Assembly: GCA_964016885.1 (NCBI GenBank) | Contig: OZ024742.1 | Location: forward strand, 137,888,001-137,952,000 | Origin: Eledone cirrhosa | Taxonomy: Eukaryota | Length of the DNA stretch: 64,000 nucleotides | Direction of reading: 5' to 3' | Shown here: in pieces, positions 31,501-46,898 of the stretch | Position numbering within the stretch: position 1 is the stretch's first letter | How the letters are laid out: every line of letters starts with the position of its first letter | The notes under the pieces: model-generated | Seen by the model: only the letters and a program-made list of their open reading frames with translations | The model's database searches: none | What the model was told of the DNA's origin: nothing | Program-made: the position numbers and the translations under genes

Positions 31501-32446
31501 TTTAATTGAATTGTGGTTACTGCTTTTAGACTTAAACGTTAGAAGTTAGCAAGATTCTCAAACTAACAGTAGGCCAGTACATAGAATGAGAAACACACAC
31601 ACACCCACACCAACATAAATACACACAGACCACATACACACACAGACCCCCCCTCCGCTACACATACACAAACACACACACACAAAAACACTTACACACA
31701 CACATACACTCACTCACTCACATACACATACACACAAATACATATCACATACACACAAATACATATCACATACACACACAGACCCCCCTTCGCTACACAT
31801 ACACAAATACACATGCACACACAAACACACATGCACACACAAACACACATAGCTTCACCGCAGCAAACTATTAGGATTTAACGAACACAGAATCGCAGTT
31901 AAGTCCAGAGACAGCAAAAACAACATTTTCAAAAAAGATATATTTTAATGGGTTCTAATTGAGGCACAAGACCAGCAATATTTTAGAGAGGTGAATAGGA
32001 ATCAAGTTATGCGATCAGCACGGATCGTATCCCCGGTTTCCTTGGCGTTAGCGACTGAGAGTACAAGACCCTCCCGGAGTAGGACTAAGAGTACAGAACT
32101 CTCCCTGAATAGAATGCTGGTGTCTTTCACAGGATTACCTAACCAGCTACTGCTGGTATAAATTGCAACCGAGAGTCCTGGAGTAATGTGAAATAAAGTG
32201 TTTTGCTCACAACGTACAGCTTGTTCAGGAATCAAACCGACGAAATTACAAGCCTATATCAAGTGACCTAACCATTAGCCAAAGCTCCAACGAAACTGCC
32301 GGAGTTCAGCCGCCGGGGTTCTGACGCTTTTCCTATTACCCACTCTACTACCCTAAATATTGAGTACTCTGGTGCGGTATGGTCCAACTGGTATCTTACC
32401 ACACGCTCTTTGTTATATAAATACGTACGCACGCACACACGCACAC

Positions 32447-33770
<1,324 letters not shown>

Positions 33771-33789
33771 TATATATATATATATTTTT

Positions 33790-36356
33790 TTTGTTTTAAA
33801 TGGAGGTGTGACACACGAGTTGTGATATATTAGTAAAAAGGAAAAGAAAATGCTGACAAATTTTTCACAGTGATAAATAGTTTAATTAGGAATAAGTATA
33901 AATTAGTAATAAGTATTAGTTATAGTTTTAAGTATTTACCGGTTGCGCATTTCTTAATTTTGAGATAGAGTACTCGTGATTTTTGCTCTAATCTGTACAG
34001 TTTTGGAAATTCTTCCTGTTTTATGTGAAAATAGTGGCTGCGGAGGTATTAAGATTTGGTTGGTTGTTGAATGTCACGTGAATAAGCACTATAAATTTCG
34101 CGCAAACATTCTTGTAGTCAAAAGAATTTTCATTGGTCGGTAGAAGTCACGTGAATGTTTAAATTGGTTTTAGCGCGAGCTGGTTTCGCGGCAAATGTAG
34201 GTTTTACGAAGAGTGTCCTTTTCCGCTTGATTAAGTTTCGGTCATGTTGAGAGGTCAACTGTTCAGGTGTCTTTTACGACAAATATGTGTGTGTGTGTAG
34301 CAAAGTGGTTCATTGTTGTGATAATGGAAATGAATCGGTCAGTAGGAATCTGTGTATGTGTGTGTGGGGGGGTTATTTTAACATGTTGAAACATATTTTT
34401 CAGCTCTTCTCTTATACGGAGAAGTGTGTGTATGTGTGTGTGTGCGTGTATGTCTGTATGTTAGTGTTCGCGTGTACATGCGCGCGCGCGCGTGCGTGTG
34501 TGTGTGTGGATGGACCAGTATTTTCGTGGTACTGGTAAAAATGGCGTACATTATTCGATATTTTCAGTCATTTGCAAAAACGATTCTCTCAAAAGAACAT
34601 CAAGACCATCAATAATAAAAGAGGTGAAATGATCTATAGTATTGTCATAACAACAAGGTGTGTGTGAGTCCAGATTGTACGTACTGCAAAGGGAATCCAT
34701 TAGGCCCTGCCGTATGGGATACTTGTGTATAAATATGTATGTACACCCATCAATGTGAAATACATGTGTGTGTATGTGTATGTGTGCGTGTCGGCACGTG
34801 TATATCTATAAACATCAAAAGGTATGCGAATTTGTGTATATTTGTGTTGCACCATAGAACATGTGTGTTTACGTATGTCACAGTGTTTATATGTGGATAG
34901 ATGTATGTAGGATGTATGCTGATGTAGGTATGTATGTCAACGTGTGTTTGTTGTGGGTTCGTCTTAGGGAGAAGTGTTTAGACGCGGTCCGTATTTGTTA
35001 ATAAAGTAAAATTCCTTGCTGATGCGTTGGGTGTGGGTGTCATTATCTTTAAATGTGTAGAGGGGAAAGATTCTAAAGTTGGGATGATTTTGGGCGGAAC
35101 AGGTACCAATGTGTTCACTCAGTGCTATTTTTCTGTATTCTCGTATTTTGATTTGGGATCTATGGACAGTCATGCGTTGGCGGAGGCTGTTTTTGGTCTG
35201 GCCTATGTATTTTTCTCGACAACCTCAGCAAGTTAATACATATATTAGGTTTTCTGATGCGCAATTGTGAAATTGTTTGAAATAGAATTCCGAACCCTCT
35301 ATTGGGTTGATGCATATACCACAGTTGATTCTATAGGCATGTTTTTACTGTGGGTTTCGTTGTTGTGGTTGGCAGTACTTTGACACGTGTTAGGATGTTT
35401 TTTATTGACTTAGATTGTCTTTTGCACTTAATGATATCGTGTATTCGAAGGATTTGGTTCATTCTATTGTCCTTTTTTAATACAGGGATGTTCTGGAAGA
35501 TGGTTTCAAATGCCTCAATGTTGAGCGTGTTGTGTGTGGAGATGTATGGAAGACCTTTTGATTTCGGTTGATTAACTTTAGGGTGTCTAAGGTCCTGGGT
35601 ACTGAGTTTTAGGGCACGTTAGATTCCATTGTCAATTAGTGATGCAGGGTAGTCCCTGCTTATGAGTGTGTCCTTTACTTCTTGTAGACGTAAGTAACAG
35701 GTGTTTTTATTGGAAACTATAGTACATATTCTCTTGGCTAAGTTGTAGGGAATATTAACTTTAACGTGTCTAGGGTGGCATGTATTGAAAGAAAGATATT
35801 GCTTGGTGTCTGTGGGCTTGTAGTATATGTCTGCTTCTATTTTTTGTTATGAATCTTAATGAGGATGTCGAGGAAGGGGAGTTGTTGATGGCTGTATTCC
35901 ATTGTAAAGTTAATATTCGTGTTGAGCCCATTTATAAGGGTGTAACATTCTTTAAGTTCCTCGATGTTTTCGTGCCAAAGGATGAAGCAGTCATCTAGAT
36001 ATATCTTCCAGTTCTTTTCTATATGTAACTGGAGAGTGTTTCCAAATGTGTTTAGTACTTTAGTGTAGAGGGTGATTTCCAGGTATCCCATGACTAGGTT
36101 GGCAAAAGTGGGAGCCGTTTTCGTTCCCCTACCGCTCCCAGATATTTGCCTGTAGAATTTGTTATTGAAAATGAAGTAATTATTCTCCAAGATGAATTTG
36201 AGTCCTTCTATCACCACTTCTTTTTTGATGTGTTGTGGGAGTTCATTGGGGTAGTTATCCAGCCAGAATTGGATAGCTTCTATTCCTAGATTGTGGGGGA
36301 TATTGGAGTATAGATCGATGTAGTCAACCTATACTCCAACATCCCTCACAACCTAG
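33790..36356 (-). mobile_element. 5'-truncated Neptune-like PLE (RT + GIY-YIG + long 3' region)
   Basis: LYSNIPHNLG, GTKTAPTFANLVMG, YLDD, PFLD; NLIYVLTC-GC..KYIGQT..LRQRMTVHRSQI...E..FINKY.P.LN; stops and frameshifts; 3' boundary approximate. Confidence 0.85.
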
Positions 36357-36751
36357 CAAAACAATTAACGGCATGAGATACACTCGAGAAACCTTCCATT
36401 GATTCGTCCGACCTTCTGTTATTAGTAGCCTAATTTACTAAGTCATACCACAAAAATATTTTTTTTAAATGTTAAATAATGTAATCCTGGAACGCGGTTC
36501 CTGTGTAGAAAAAACGTTAGACATAGGAAAAACATTTGATCATTAGGCTTCTCAATGGGGGCTGACCTGAGGCTGCAACCATATCTTATATTAGATGTAT
36601 CTAGAGATTAATTGCACCAACATGATTAATAAATGAATGAGCCTATACGTGGTTCTCGACTTACATGAATTGGCAGCCAAATCTCAATTGAATTATGAGA
36701 AGGATACAAGGAATCATTCAGTTATATATACATATATATACCCGCTATGGG

Positions 36752-36816
<65 letters not shown>

Positions 36817-36887
36817 ATATATATATATATATAATAAAATATTAAACAAATAATGAATAAACAATTCCTTATATTAAACAAAAAAAG

Positions 36888-37042
36888 TTCATTATTTAAC
36901 GATCGTTTCTAGGATATATATGTGTTAGAATTGGTATGCATATTCAACAGATCTATGTACAAAATTATACAAAATTATACAAATTATCAAGATTAAATAT
37001 ACATACCAAACACATATATACGCCGTCTTCAGAAATAATGAA
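36888..37042 (-). ncRNA. Type I hammerhead ribozyme with long loop II, in a ~300-bp insert (36833-37135) between TA tracts
   Basis: Minus strand: TTCATTATTT-CTGAAGA-(~115 nt, including TATATATGT/ACATATATA pairing)-GAAAC GATC GTT-AAATAATGAA; 10-bp stem I, palindromic stem III. Confidence 0.72.
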
Positions 37043-37131
37043 GTATATTTATTGATAATAACAACAATTCAAAATTTCAGGTCCGTTTGGGAACGGATTG
37101 GACACTACCGTAAACTCTTGGTAGATTTATC

Positions 37132-37184
<53 letters not shown>

Positions 37185-37363
37185 GCCTGACGCGTGGAGC
37201 ATCGCCCTAATAATGTTTGTAAATTTATATACGAAAAACAGAACAAATTGTTTGAAAAACATATTATTTTGTAGATTAACCGCCAAGCTGAATTGTCAGC
37301 TGAGTGGTAATCCAATTAATTTAAAAATTGTTTTAAAATATCAAATTTTGCCAACTATAAAAC

Positions 37364-39183
37364 ATGAATAACACGACAAGAACGCTGGACAACGTCGACG
37401 GAGAAAAGAGAGATAAAGAGGCAGATGTTAACGTTATATCTGCTTCTGGTACTATGGACGTCGCCATAGATACGACTGTCAACAAAGGGGAAAATATATT
37501 GCCACTTGAAGATTGTACAATTTCTACCGTTGAAGCAGAAACAAATGGAAACACAGGAATTAAACCCATTAACATACATACACATGAAAAGAACAACATC
37601 AACAACTCCATAGATACATCTACACATAAAGTTTCACCTCGTCAATGAACTGAGATTTCCAACACCGAGGCTAACAGCGATAACAACAACAACAACAACA
37701 ACAGCAACACCACACAAAAAAATGTCTTTCGCTGAAACAGTGAACAAAAAACAAGATTTTATAAATATTGACATCTCCAATGCAAGAGATATACTCCAGC
37801 AAGGGAGAAAATGAGTAACTTTCGAAGAGAAGGGTGGGTTTAGAATTAACTCACCCCTTGAAATAAAAGAAGACACAGTGCGAAGGACAGTGACCTTTAG
37901 GACTGTGTCGAATACTACGAGAAAGCCGATATTTGTTAGTCAAGGAGATATAGAAAATACCTTCAAAGGATTTCTAGCAAATATCGAATTTCTCCAACGA
38001 GGAAAACAGTATGGAAGTGTTTCCGTACTGTTTACAAGCGAGGCACTCGCCCCAAAACATTCTGTGACACCAATAGTGTCAAAAGCATTCACCTTTTTCC
38101 CTACATACATGGGAAAAAGGACACAAAAAAAAATATATACCACCAAACATTAACATCTTGTGGATCCTAGCTGGCTTCGTAGAGCCAGAAACTGATATGA
38201 TTCTTTCGATACGAAAGTCTATTCGAGAAAGGTGGGCGGGTACTGATTTGGAGATTCTGTTGAAAATGAGGCCGGAGAGAATGACCAAAATACCCGAAAG
38301 AGTCGTCATCGATCATAACAACAAAATAAACATTTCGGTAGAAGGACGAACATTTCATTGCTTTCGCTGTGGTAGCACAGCACACCTAAAAGCTTATTGT
38401 CCTTCACAAACACACAACAACAACATCATTAAAAAAACACTATTACCAACACCAACACCAACACCAAAACAAACACCACCACCACAAGTACAACGACAGA
38501 GGAAACGAGCAACCACACCAAAACAAACAGCCACTCAAAAACAACAACAGAAAAAAACAGAGACAACACCCCTGAAGACGACAGCCCCACCCCATCCCAC
38601 TCCATCAAACACTACCACAAATACACACACCGAAACACCACCACCACACAACATACCCCCACCCCACACTCCTGACGATGATTATTCAGCGACGGATGAA
38701 GCTGCTTCTCCTTCTTTATTTGAAGAAGAGGGAGAGCCGCGGAAATCTAAAAAGCAAAAAAAAGAGACACCACAAAACCCCCAAAACTCCAATCACCAAC
38801 ACCAACACACAACCACAGACAAAAACAACAACACAAACAACACCGCAGTCAAACATCCCCCTACCAGCAAAACCAACACAAACACCACCCAAACACAAGC
38901 AACCACCATAATTAGAAAACTCCCGGACGAACAACAAACTAAAACAACACAACAAAAGCACAAACAACAATACGCATACATCAACACAAACAACAAGAGT
39001 TTGATGGAGGTCATCTCCCAAAACCCCAAGGTGCAGACGGAGGGCAAAACTTTCGTCAAGGCAAAATCGTCTCCACAACTTAAACTTATAAGTGTTTCTA
39101 TGGAAACCTATAGTGACCTGAAAAATAAATGTTCACAGGACGTGGGCAACCCCTGCAGGAACCCATCAACCGCGTTGTGTTAA
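37364..39183 (+). pseudogene. Tx1 ORF1 (gag-like nucleic-acid-binding protein), frameshifted
   Basis: CFRCGSTAHLKAYC (CX2CX4HX4C) followed by a P/T/Q/N-rich low-complexity tail. Confidence 0.75.
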
Positions 39184-39307
39184 AATGTTTCCCCACCTCA
39201 CCCAACACCCTATCCAGCACCCAAATGGAGATTGAACAACCCGATCTCAGGGAAACGAAAAGGTAAGTGCACCTTTCGCCCTTTTTCTCCAACTCTTCTT
39301 CTCCAAC

Positions 39308-42300
39308 ATGGTTAGTTTACGAGATGGAAGCGTGAATGTGCGGGGCCTAGGGATGCCCTGGAGACAGGGCCAACTTTTAAACGACCTTAGATGTGATAGC
39401 CATCACCGAGTCCAGGATCGACAACAGGCAGCTACTAACCCCCATCTTCGACGACTTTGAGATCTACGCATCTCTCTGTCAGCCAGGAGATGGAGGGGGA
39501 GTGGCTGTCATGTTTCGGAAGAACCTGGAGGTCTAAGTACAGCAAGTACACTTGGACCCGGAGGGTAGACTGGTAGTCCTAGACGTGAACAGTATTGGAG
39601 GTGGAGCCTTCAGACTGGTGGCCGTTTATGCCCCGACCGGGCAATCGCAATCACGGCCAGACTTCTTTAAGCGTCTAGAGTCTTTTCTGGGAACGTCACG
39701 CTTCGCTCCTTACTTTTAGTGAGGGACTGGAATGGTATCCTAGATGCACCATGGGACTATGTGGGAGCCTGTCTCAGTAGAGAGGGGTACAACAGCCTCA
39801 AAACTTTAATTGGCCAATTCCAACTGGCCGATAGGTATCGACTGGATTTCCCGACTGCACCACAGTGGACGTGGGCAAACCGCAGCGGGACATCTACATC
39901 GTATTTAGATAGGTTCTTCATTAGAGAAAGGGACAAGGAGATGTTAAGCTGTCCACGAATGCACATGGTTGCCTACTCAGATCAAAAAGTCGTCTGCTTA
40001 GTCAACCGTGGTAGAATACATAGACAAGGACCCGGATACTGGAAGCTGAACGTGTCGTTGCCGGCACGTAAAGCTTACAGTGAACGGATAAGTAGACTAA
40101 TCAAGCAAAAGTTAACGGGAGCCATCGTCAACAATAAATGGTGGTACTCTCTCAAGAAAGCAATTAGAATAGAATCGATAGGGTTTAGCAGAGAGTTAGC
40201 CTTAGAGAAAAACAAAATAGAAAAAGAACTAGTAGCCAAGTAGAGGAGGCACTTAGAAGTGGCAACGCGGCTAGTGTGTTAGCGTCGAGAACGGCACTGG
40301 ACCAGTTCTTCGATGCGAAACCCGAAGGCTGCGTGGTCAGAAGCAAAACACATGCTCTAGGAAACGAAGGAGCGAAATCTGTCAGCTCGGCCCGAGTGGC
40401 GGAGGCGAAAAGTGGGAACAAGTCCACGATTCAGTCTTTGAAAGACCAAAACAGACGCGTGCTACTTGACCCCAAACAAATGTGCGCGGCCTTTCAGCAG
40501 CACTTTGCGGGACTGTTTGAGCAGAACGACGGTGAGCCGAACGGGGCAATGAACTTTAGTTCATACCTCGACGGCCTGCCGCGTCTCTCGAACACGGACG
40601 CCGAGTTCTGCGAAAGACCGATCACGGAAACTGAGATACGGGACGCTCTGGGCAGCTGCGGGAAACGCAAGTCACCCGGTCTAGATGGTCTACCCTATGA
40701 GTTTTACATAGGCATGCCGGACTTGTTCTGTGGCGTCCTCGAAGCCGTCTACTGCAATTGGCAGCAGAACGGGAGAATTCCCAGTTCTGCAGGCAAGGGC
40801 GTAGTAACGCTGATCAGGAAAGACGAGAACAAGGGGGACGAGATTAACAACTTCAGTCCCATAACTCTGCTCAACACAGAGTTAAAGATTTTGGCCAAGG
40901 TGCTAGCGACGAGGTTGGCGCTTGTCGTCGAGAATCTGATAGGGAAAGCGCAAATGTGTGCAATCCCAACCAGGTGCATACACGACAACCTCCCCCTCAT
41001 GCGATACATCATAGAGAGGGTGGGTAGTAAACCCAGCTTCGGTGGGGTTCTGATCAATTTGGATCAGTCTAAGGCATTCGATAGGGTCGGCCATCGAAAC
41101 ATGGAAGCGGTTCTCAAGGCGGCCGGTTTCGGTCCCGTTTTGAGAGGCTGGATCGAGACAATGCACACCAGCATGTGCTCGAGGATCAAGGTGAACGGCT
41201 ACTTATCGGAGCCGTTCGCAATCACGCGTTCCATAAGGCAGGGGTGCCCTCTCTCCCCCATTCTCTATGTATTGACTCAAGAACCACTACAGCGGAAATT
41301 GGAGCTGTTGCAGGGCATACCTCTAGAACCGGGACTTTGCAAAGCGGCGTCGGCTTGTGCCGACAACTAAACGGTGATGGTGTCAAGCACCTCGGAAATC
41401 GGTGTGATCGGCAACTTACTGAAAGAATACGAAACGCTGACGGGAGCAAAACTAAAGCCGGACAAGTCTGTCGGTTTGCAACTCGGTGCGTGGAGAGGCA
41501 AACCGATGACGTCCGACAGCGTCGTTGGACGCTGGACGGATGGACCGGTGAAATTGCTCGGGGTCTGGTTCGGTCCAGACCTCTAGGTGGAGAAAAACGG
41601 AAACGAGGTCACGGTCAAGGTGTTTGCACTCACCCAGAAGTGGGCAGAGGGCAAACTGTCCTTGAGAGGTCGAGCGGAGGTGGCGAACACTTTCATAGCG
41701 TCCGTCATCTACTACCGCTTGACTGTCGTGCCTTGTCTCCGTGAACACCTCGCCAAGATGGAACGCATGCTCTTCCAGTTTATGTGGAAGAAGCAGGCTC
41801 TGCTGGTGAGGAGATCCGTCTGCTATCAGCATCCTTCCAACGGAGGGCTGGGAATGCCGTGGCTGATGATGCGCAAACATACACTGAGGTTGCGGTATCT
41901 CCAGGTATTCCTCACCGACCCCCAACCGATGTGGGCACCGTTTGTGAGACAGGCTTTCCCACAGCTCGTGTCGCTAACGGAGCTGCAGTCCTGGTTCAAG
42001 GAAAGACCGAAAATGATGGGCGCCTGTCACATTGAATGCACTCAGGCGCTCACAGTCCTATGGCAATCTGGCACAGCAATCAGTGGAGATTCCACTTCGA
42101 CATTCTATAGAGAGATTGTACGTTACAAGGGCGACGACGTGCTCGGAGAGACTCTAGGCGTCGACGACGATGAGCTCACCAGTCTGTTTGGTAGGATATT
42201 TTCCCCGGGACCTCTGGAAGTTGTCCATAGGTCCCTGGCCTGGCAGTGCTACCGAGGAGCTCTACCGGTTCGTGACAATATCTACAGGCACGGACACACC

Positions 42301-42741
42301 GGCAGGGATCCTTCCAAGAGGACGTGTCCAAGATGCGTGCAGGACATTGAAACAGTCCTGCACACAATTGTACACTGCCCGGGCGTAACCGACCTGTGGA
42401 ACTATGCAGAACAAGTGCTGTCGCGTATGGGACAAATACAGTTGACTGCCGAGTCCATAGTAAGGATCAAATCGCCAGCCTCTTTCATAAATGAAAGAGA
42501 GGCGGTTTTCCTCTGTACGGTGGCTATGGTGAAAGAAGTTATATGGTGGACGAGATTGAGAGGACTGAGGACAGATGCCTTTCTCTCCGGACAACAATTG
42601 CTTCCCTTCTTTAAGTATCACTTTAGAAGGAGAATCAGAGTGGAGAGAGAGGCACGGCACCCCAGTACATTTACCGAAAGGTGGGTGAATGAAGCGAAAA
42701 TGGCCCGAGTGATTGGCCCTTCTCTGTTTATAAGCCTGTAG
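39308..42741 (+). pseudogene. Tx1 ORF2 (APE, RT, zinc finger), disrupted
   Basis: NVRGL, DWN, SYLDR, GYWKLN, KSPGLDG, PITLLN, DQSKAFDRV, RQGCPLSP, CPRC...ETVLH..VHCP; in-frame stops at ~40243, 41370, 41586. Confidence 0.9.
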
Positions 42742-42913
42742 GTTGAAGAAGAGAGCAAAAGGAAGAAAGGAGCATTTGCACAACATGCTCCTGGAGGTGA
42801 GGCTTGTTCTATCGACGGGGTATTAAACAACCCATTTGTAAAATCCCCGTCATGTCTTTGTATTGTCCCCTTTTCTTGTGCGCCCTTGTGGCAAATAAAG
42901 AAATCTATCTATA

Positions 42914-42954
<41 letters not shown>

Positions 42955-42955
<1 letters not shown>

Positions 42956-45900
42956 AGAAAAATGTCCTAACGATGTAGGTAACGCCTGCGTCAAATCCTA
43001 TAACCGCGTCCTTTTGAAATGTTTCCCCACCACCACCCAGACACCCCCACCCCACCTGACACCCCTCCCCACCAAACATCTATCTCCGTCCCCACCCCGC
43101 AAAAGACCACCACCCCACCAAAAAAACCCTCAAACACCCCCATGGAAATTGTGCAGCCTGGTCCCCAGAAGACGAAGGGGTGAGAGATTTTCTTTCTTCT
43201 TTTAACTTTTCAGCACCAAGATGGCCAACATAAGAGTTGGATGTGTGAATGTACGCAGCTTGAGGATGCCCTGGAAACAGGGCAAACTCATAAACGACCT
43301 CAGGTCGCACTGTATGGATGTAGTAGCCATTTGCGAGTCCAGGATCCACAGCGAGCGACAACTGGCCTCCATTTTCGACGTCTTTGAGATCTATGCATCT
43401 CTCTGTCATCCTGGAGGTGGGGGTGGGATTGCTGTTTTGCTGCGGAAACACAAGGACCTCGTAACACAGACGGTACATCTAGACCCGGAGGGTCGACTGG
43501 TGGTCCTAGACGTTGACGGTAGTGAAGGTGGAGGCTTCAGGCTGGTGGCCGCATATGCCCCATCCGGGAAGCCGCGGCCATACTTCTTCAAACGTCTAGA
43601 GACTTTTCTAGGAACGTCCCGCTCCCTCCTGTTAGTGGGGGACTGGAATGGAATCCTAGATGCACGTTGGGACTATGTGGTAACATGTCCCGATAGAGGG
43701 GAGTGTAACAGCCTCAAACAGTTAATCGGCCGATTTGACCTGGCCGATAGGTATCGACTAGATTTTCCGACTGTGCCACTGTGGACGTGGACTAATCGCA
43801 GCGGAACATCTAGATCGTACCTAGATAGGGTTCTAGTTAGAAGGAAGGATAGGGACATGTTAAGCTGTACACAAATGTTCATGGTTGCCTATTCAGATCA
43901 CAAATTAGTGACCTGTTTAGTCAACCTTGACAAAACCCATAGACAGGGACCCGGCTACTAGAAGATGAACTTGTCGCTACCGAAATGCAAAGCCTACAGT
44001 AGACGGATTAGCACTTTAGTTAAGCAGCACTTGACGGGGGCCATTGTCAACAACAGATGGTGGTACTCTCTCAAGAGGGCAGTTAGATTAGAGTCGATAG
44101 GTTTTAGTAAAGAATTGGTGCTAGATATAAATAAGACCGAAAATAAACTGGTAGATAAAGTAGAAGAGGCACTTAGGAGTGGCAACGTAGCCAGCGTGCT
44201 AGCGACGAGAACGGCCTTGGACCAGTTCTTCGACGATAATCATGAAGGCTGCGTTGTCAGAAGCAAAATACGTGCTCTGGAAAACGAGGGAGCCAAAGCT
44301 GTTAGCTGGGCCCGAGTGACGGAGGCGAAAAGTGGCAACAAGTCCACGATTCAGTCTTTGAAGGACCAAGACGGACGCGTGATACTTGAGCCGAAGCAGA
44401 TATGCGCGGCCTTTCAGCGGCACTTTGCTCGACTGTTCGGCGCGCTGTCAGGGGCTATGGATTTCTATCCATACCTCGCGGCCTACCGCGACTCTCAGAC
44501 AGCGAGGTGAAGTTCTGCGAAAGGCCGATTTCGGCCGCTGAGATAGGGGACAAGCTGGGCCGATGCAGCAAACGCAAATCTACAGGTCTCGACGGTCTAC
44601 CCTACGAATTTTACGTAGCAAGGTCGGACCTGTTCTCCGGTCTCCTGGAAGCGGTCTACTGCAACTGGCAGCAGATCAGAGGAATTGCTAGTTCTGAGAC
44701 CAAGGGCGCAGTCACGTTAGTCAGGAAGACGAGAATAAGGGGGATGACATAGGCATCTTCCTGCCCATAACTCTTCTCAACACAGTGTTACAGATTTTGG
44801 CCAAGGTGTTGGCAAATAGGCCAGCCCTTGTCGTCGGAAACCTTGTGGGAGAAGCGCACACATGCGTAATCCCGACCAGGTCCATAAACGACAACCTCCA
44901 CCCCATGCGATACATTATAGAAGGTTAGGGTGTAAACCCGGTTTCGGTGGGGGCCCTGATCGACTTGGATCAGTCTAAGGCTTTTATAGGGTCGGCCATC
45001 GTTACCTGGATGCGATACTCAAGGCGGCAGGCTTCGGACCTGTGTTGAGAGGCTGGATTGCTGCAATGCACAGCAGCAACATCTGCTCAAGGGTCAAGCT
45101 GGGGCTACCTCTCAGAGCCGTTCCATATCACGCGATCTATCCGACAGGGATGCCCTCTCTCCTCCCTTCTGTACGTACTGACTCTCGAGCCACTACTGCG
45201 GAAGTTGGAGCTATTGCAGGGCATCCCTTTGGAACCGGGACTGAGAAAAACCGGCGTCGGCCTACGCCGACGACGTAACAGTAACGGTGTCGAGCACCTC
45301 GCAAATTGGGGAGGTCGGCACCTTGCTGGAGGAATACGAAAGGTTCACAGGAGCGAAGCTGAATCGGGAAAAATCCGTCGGTTTGCAACTCGGGTCGTGG
45401 AGAGGCAAACCGATGCCTTCCGATGCGTCGTCGGACGCTGGACGGAAGGACCGTTAAAGCTACTCGGGGTCTGGTTTGGTCCTGACCTCCAGGTGGAGAA
45501 GAACTGGAACGAGGTGACGGCCAATGTGTTTCCGCTCACCCAAAAGTGGGCCGAGTGCAAACTATCCTTGAGAGATCGAGCGGAGGTGGCGAACAGTTTA
45601 ATAGCGTCCGTCATCTACTACCGCTTGACCGCCGTGCCTTGTCCAGCCAAAACGCTCACCAAAATAGAGCGCGCGCCCTTCCAATTCTTTTGGAAGAAAC
45701 GGGCTCCTTTGGTGAGAAGATCCATCTGCTGCCAACACCCTTCAAACGGAGGGCTGGGGATGCCCTGCTTAACGATGCGCAAATACGCGCTCAGGCTGCG
45801 GCACCTCCACGTATTCCTCACCGGACAACATGTTTGGGCCCCGTTCGCGATGCGAGCCTTCCCACGACTCGTCTCGCTGACCGAACTGCAGTCCTGGGTC

Positions 45901-46849
45901 AAGCAAAGACCGAGAAAAATGGATTACTGGCACATCGAATGTGCTCAGGCGCTCACAGTCCTCTGGCAAACGGACTTAGCGATCAGTGGAGACTCCACTT
46001 CGACATTCTAAAGAGGGTTGGTCTGCAGCAAGTGCGACGACGCGCTCAGAGAAACTCTGGGCGTAGAGGAGGACGAACTGGCCAGCCTGTTCTGTAGAAC
46101 CTTCCGCCCGGGACCAATGGACAACTTCCAAAAGTGCCTGGCCTGACAGTTCTACCGAGGAGCTCTACCAGTTCGAGACAAGCTCTACAGACATGGGCGC
46201 CCAGGTAGGGACCCTTCGAAAAAGATCTGTCCGAGATGCGTGCGCGACGAGGAAACCGTCGCGCACGCATTTGTACACTGCCCGGGCGTTAGCGACCTGT
46301 GGGGCTATGTATAACGACTATTATCTCCGGTGGGACCAATCCTGTTGACCACCGAGTCCATTGTCATGATCAAACCGTCACCCTCCTTCAAAGACGAGGG
46401 AGAGGTGGTTTTCCTATGTGTTATGGCTATGGTGAAAGAGGTTATATGGTGGACGAGTTCAGACACCTTTCTCTCCAACAAACAACTGATTCGTTTTTTC
46501 AAATATCATTTTGGAAGAAGAATCAGGATGGAGAGAGATGTGCTGTACCCCAGCAAATTTTATAAAAGGTGGGTGAATGTGGCAAAGAAGGCCCGAGTGG
46601 TTGGGCCTTCTCTCTATATAAGCCCGTAGGTTGAGGAAAAAGAGGAAGAGAGGAGGGGAGTACTCACTCTTCGTGCTCCTGGAGATGAGGGTTGTACATT
46701 TTTTCGGGGTGTGTAACGGCTCCCCCCTATGTGGGATTTCAATTGATATTTGTTATTTTATTAATAGTTTTATTTTCATATACCTGTATGTAAACTCCCC
46801 ATTTGTATTTGTCCCCTTCTTTTGTGCCCTTGTGACTAATAAAGAAATG
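42955..46849 (+). mobile_element. Tx1/L1-clade LINE copy 2, 5'-truncated at end of ORF1, ORF2 43221-46629 disrupted
   Basis: Colinear but diverged homolog of 39120-42903; begins right after the (ATCT)n tail of copy 1 and ends in AATAAA + (ATCT)n. Confidence 0.9.

Positions 46850-46898
<49 letters not shown>

Larger units (their letters stand above)
37185..42903 (+). mobile_element. Near-full-length Tx1/L1-clade LINE (copy 1), inactivated
   Basis: ORF1 with zinc knuckle, ORF2 APE-RT-CCHC, AATAAA then (ATCT)n tail. Confidence 0.9.

Noticed and set aside
34225-34270. Hammerhead in the Neptune-like 3' region (minus strand CTGAACA...GAAAC)
   Set aside because: Core and stems too degenerate to call
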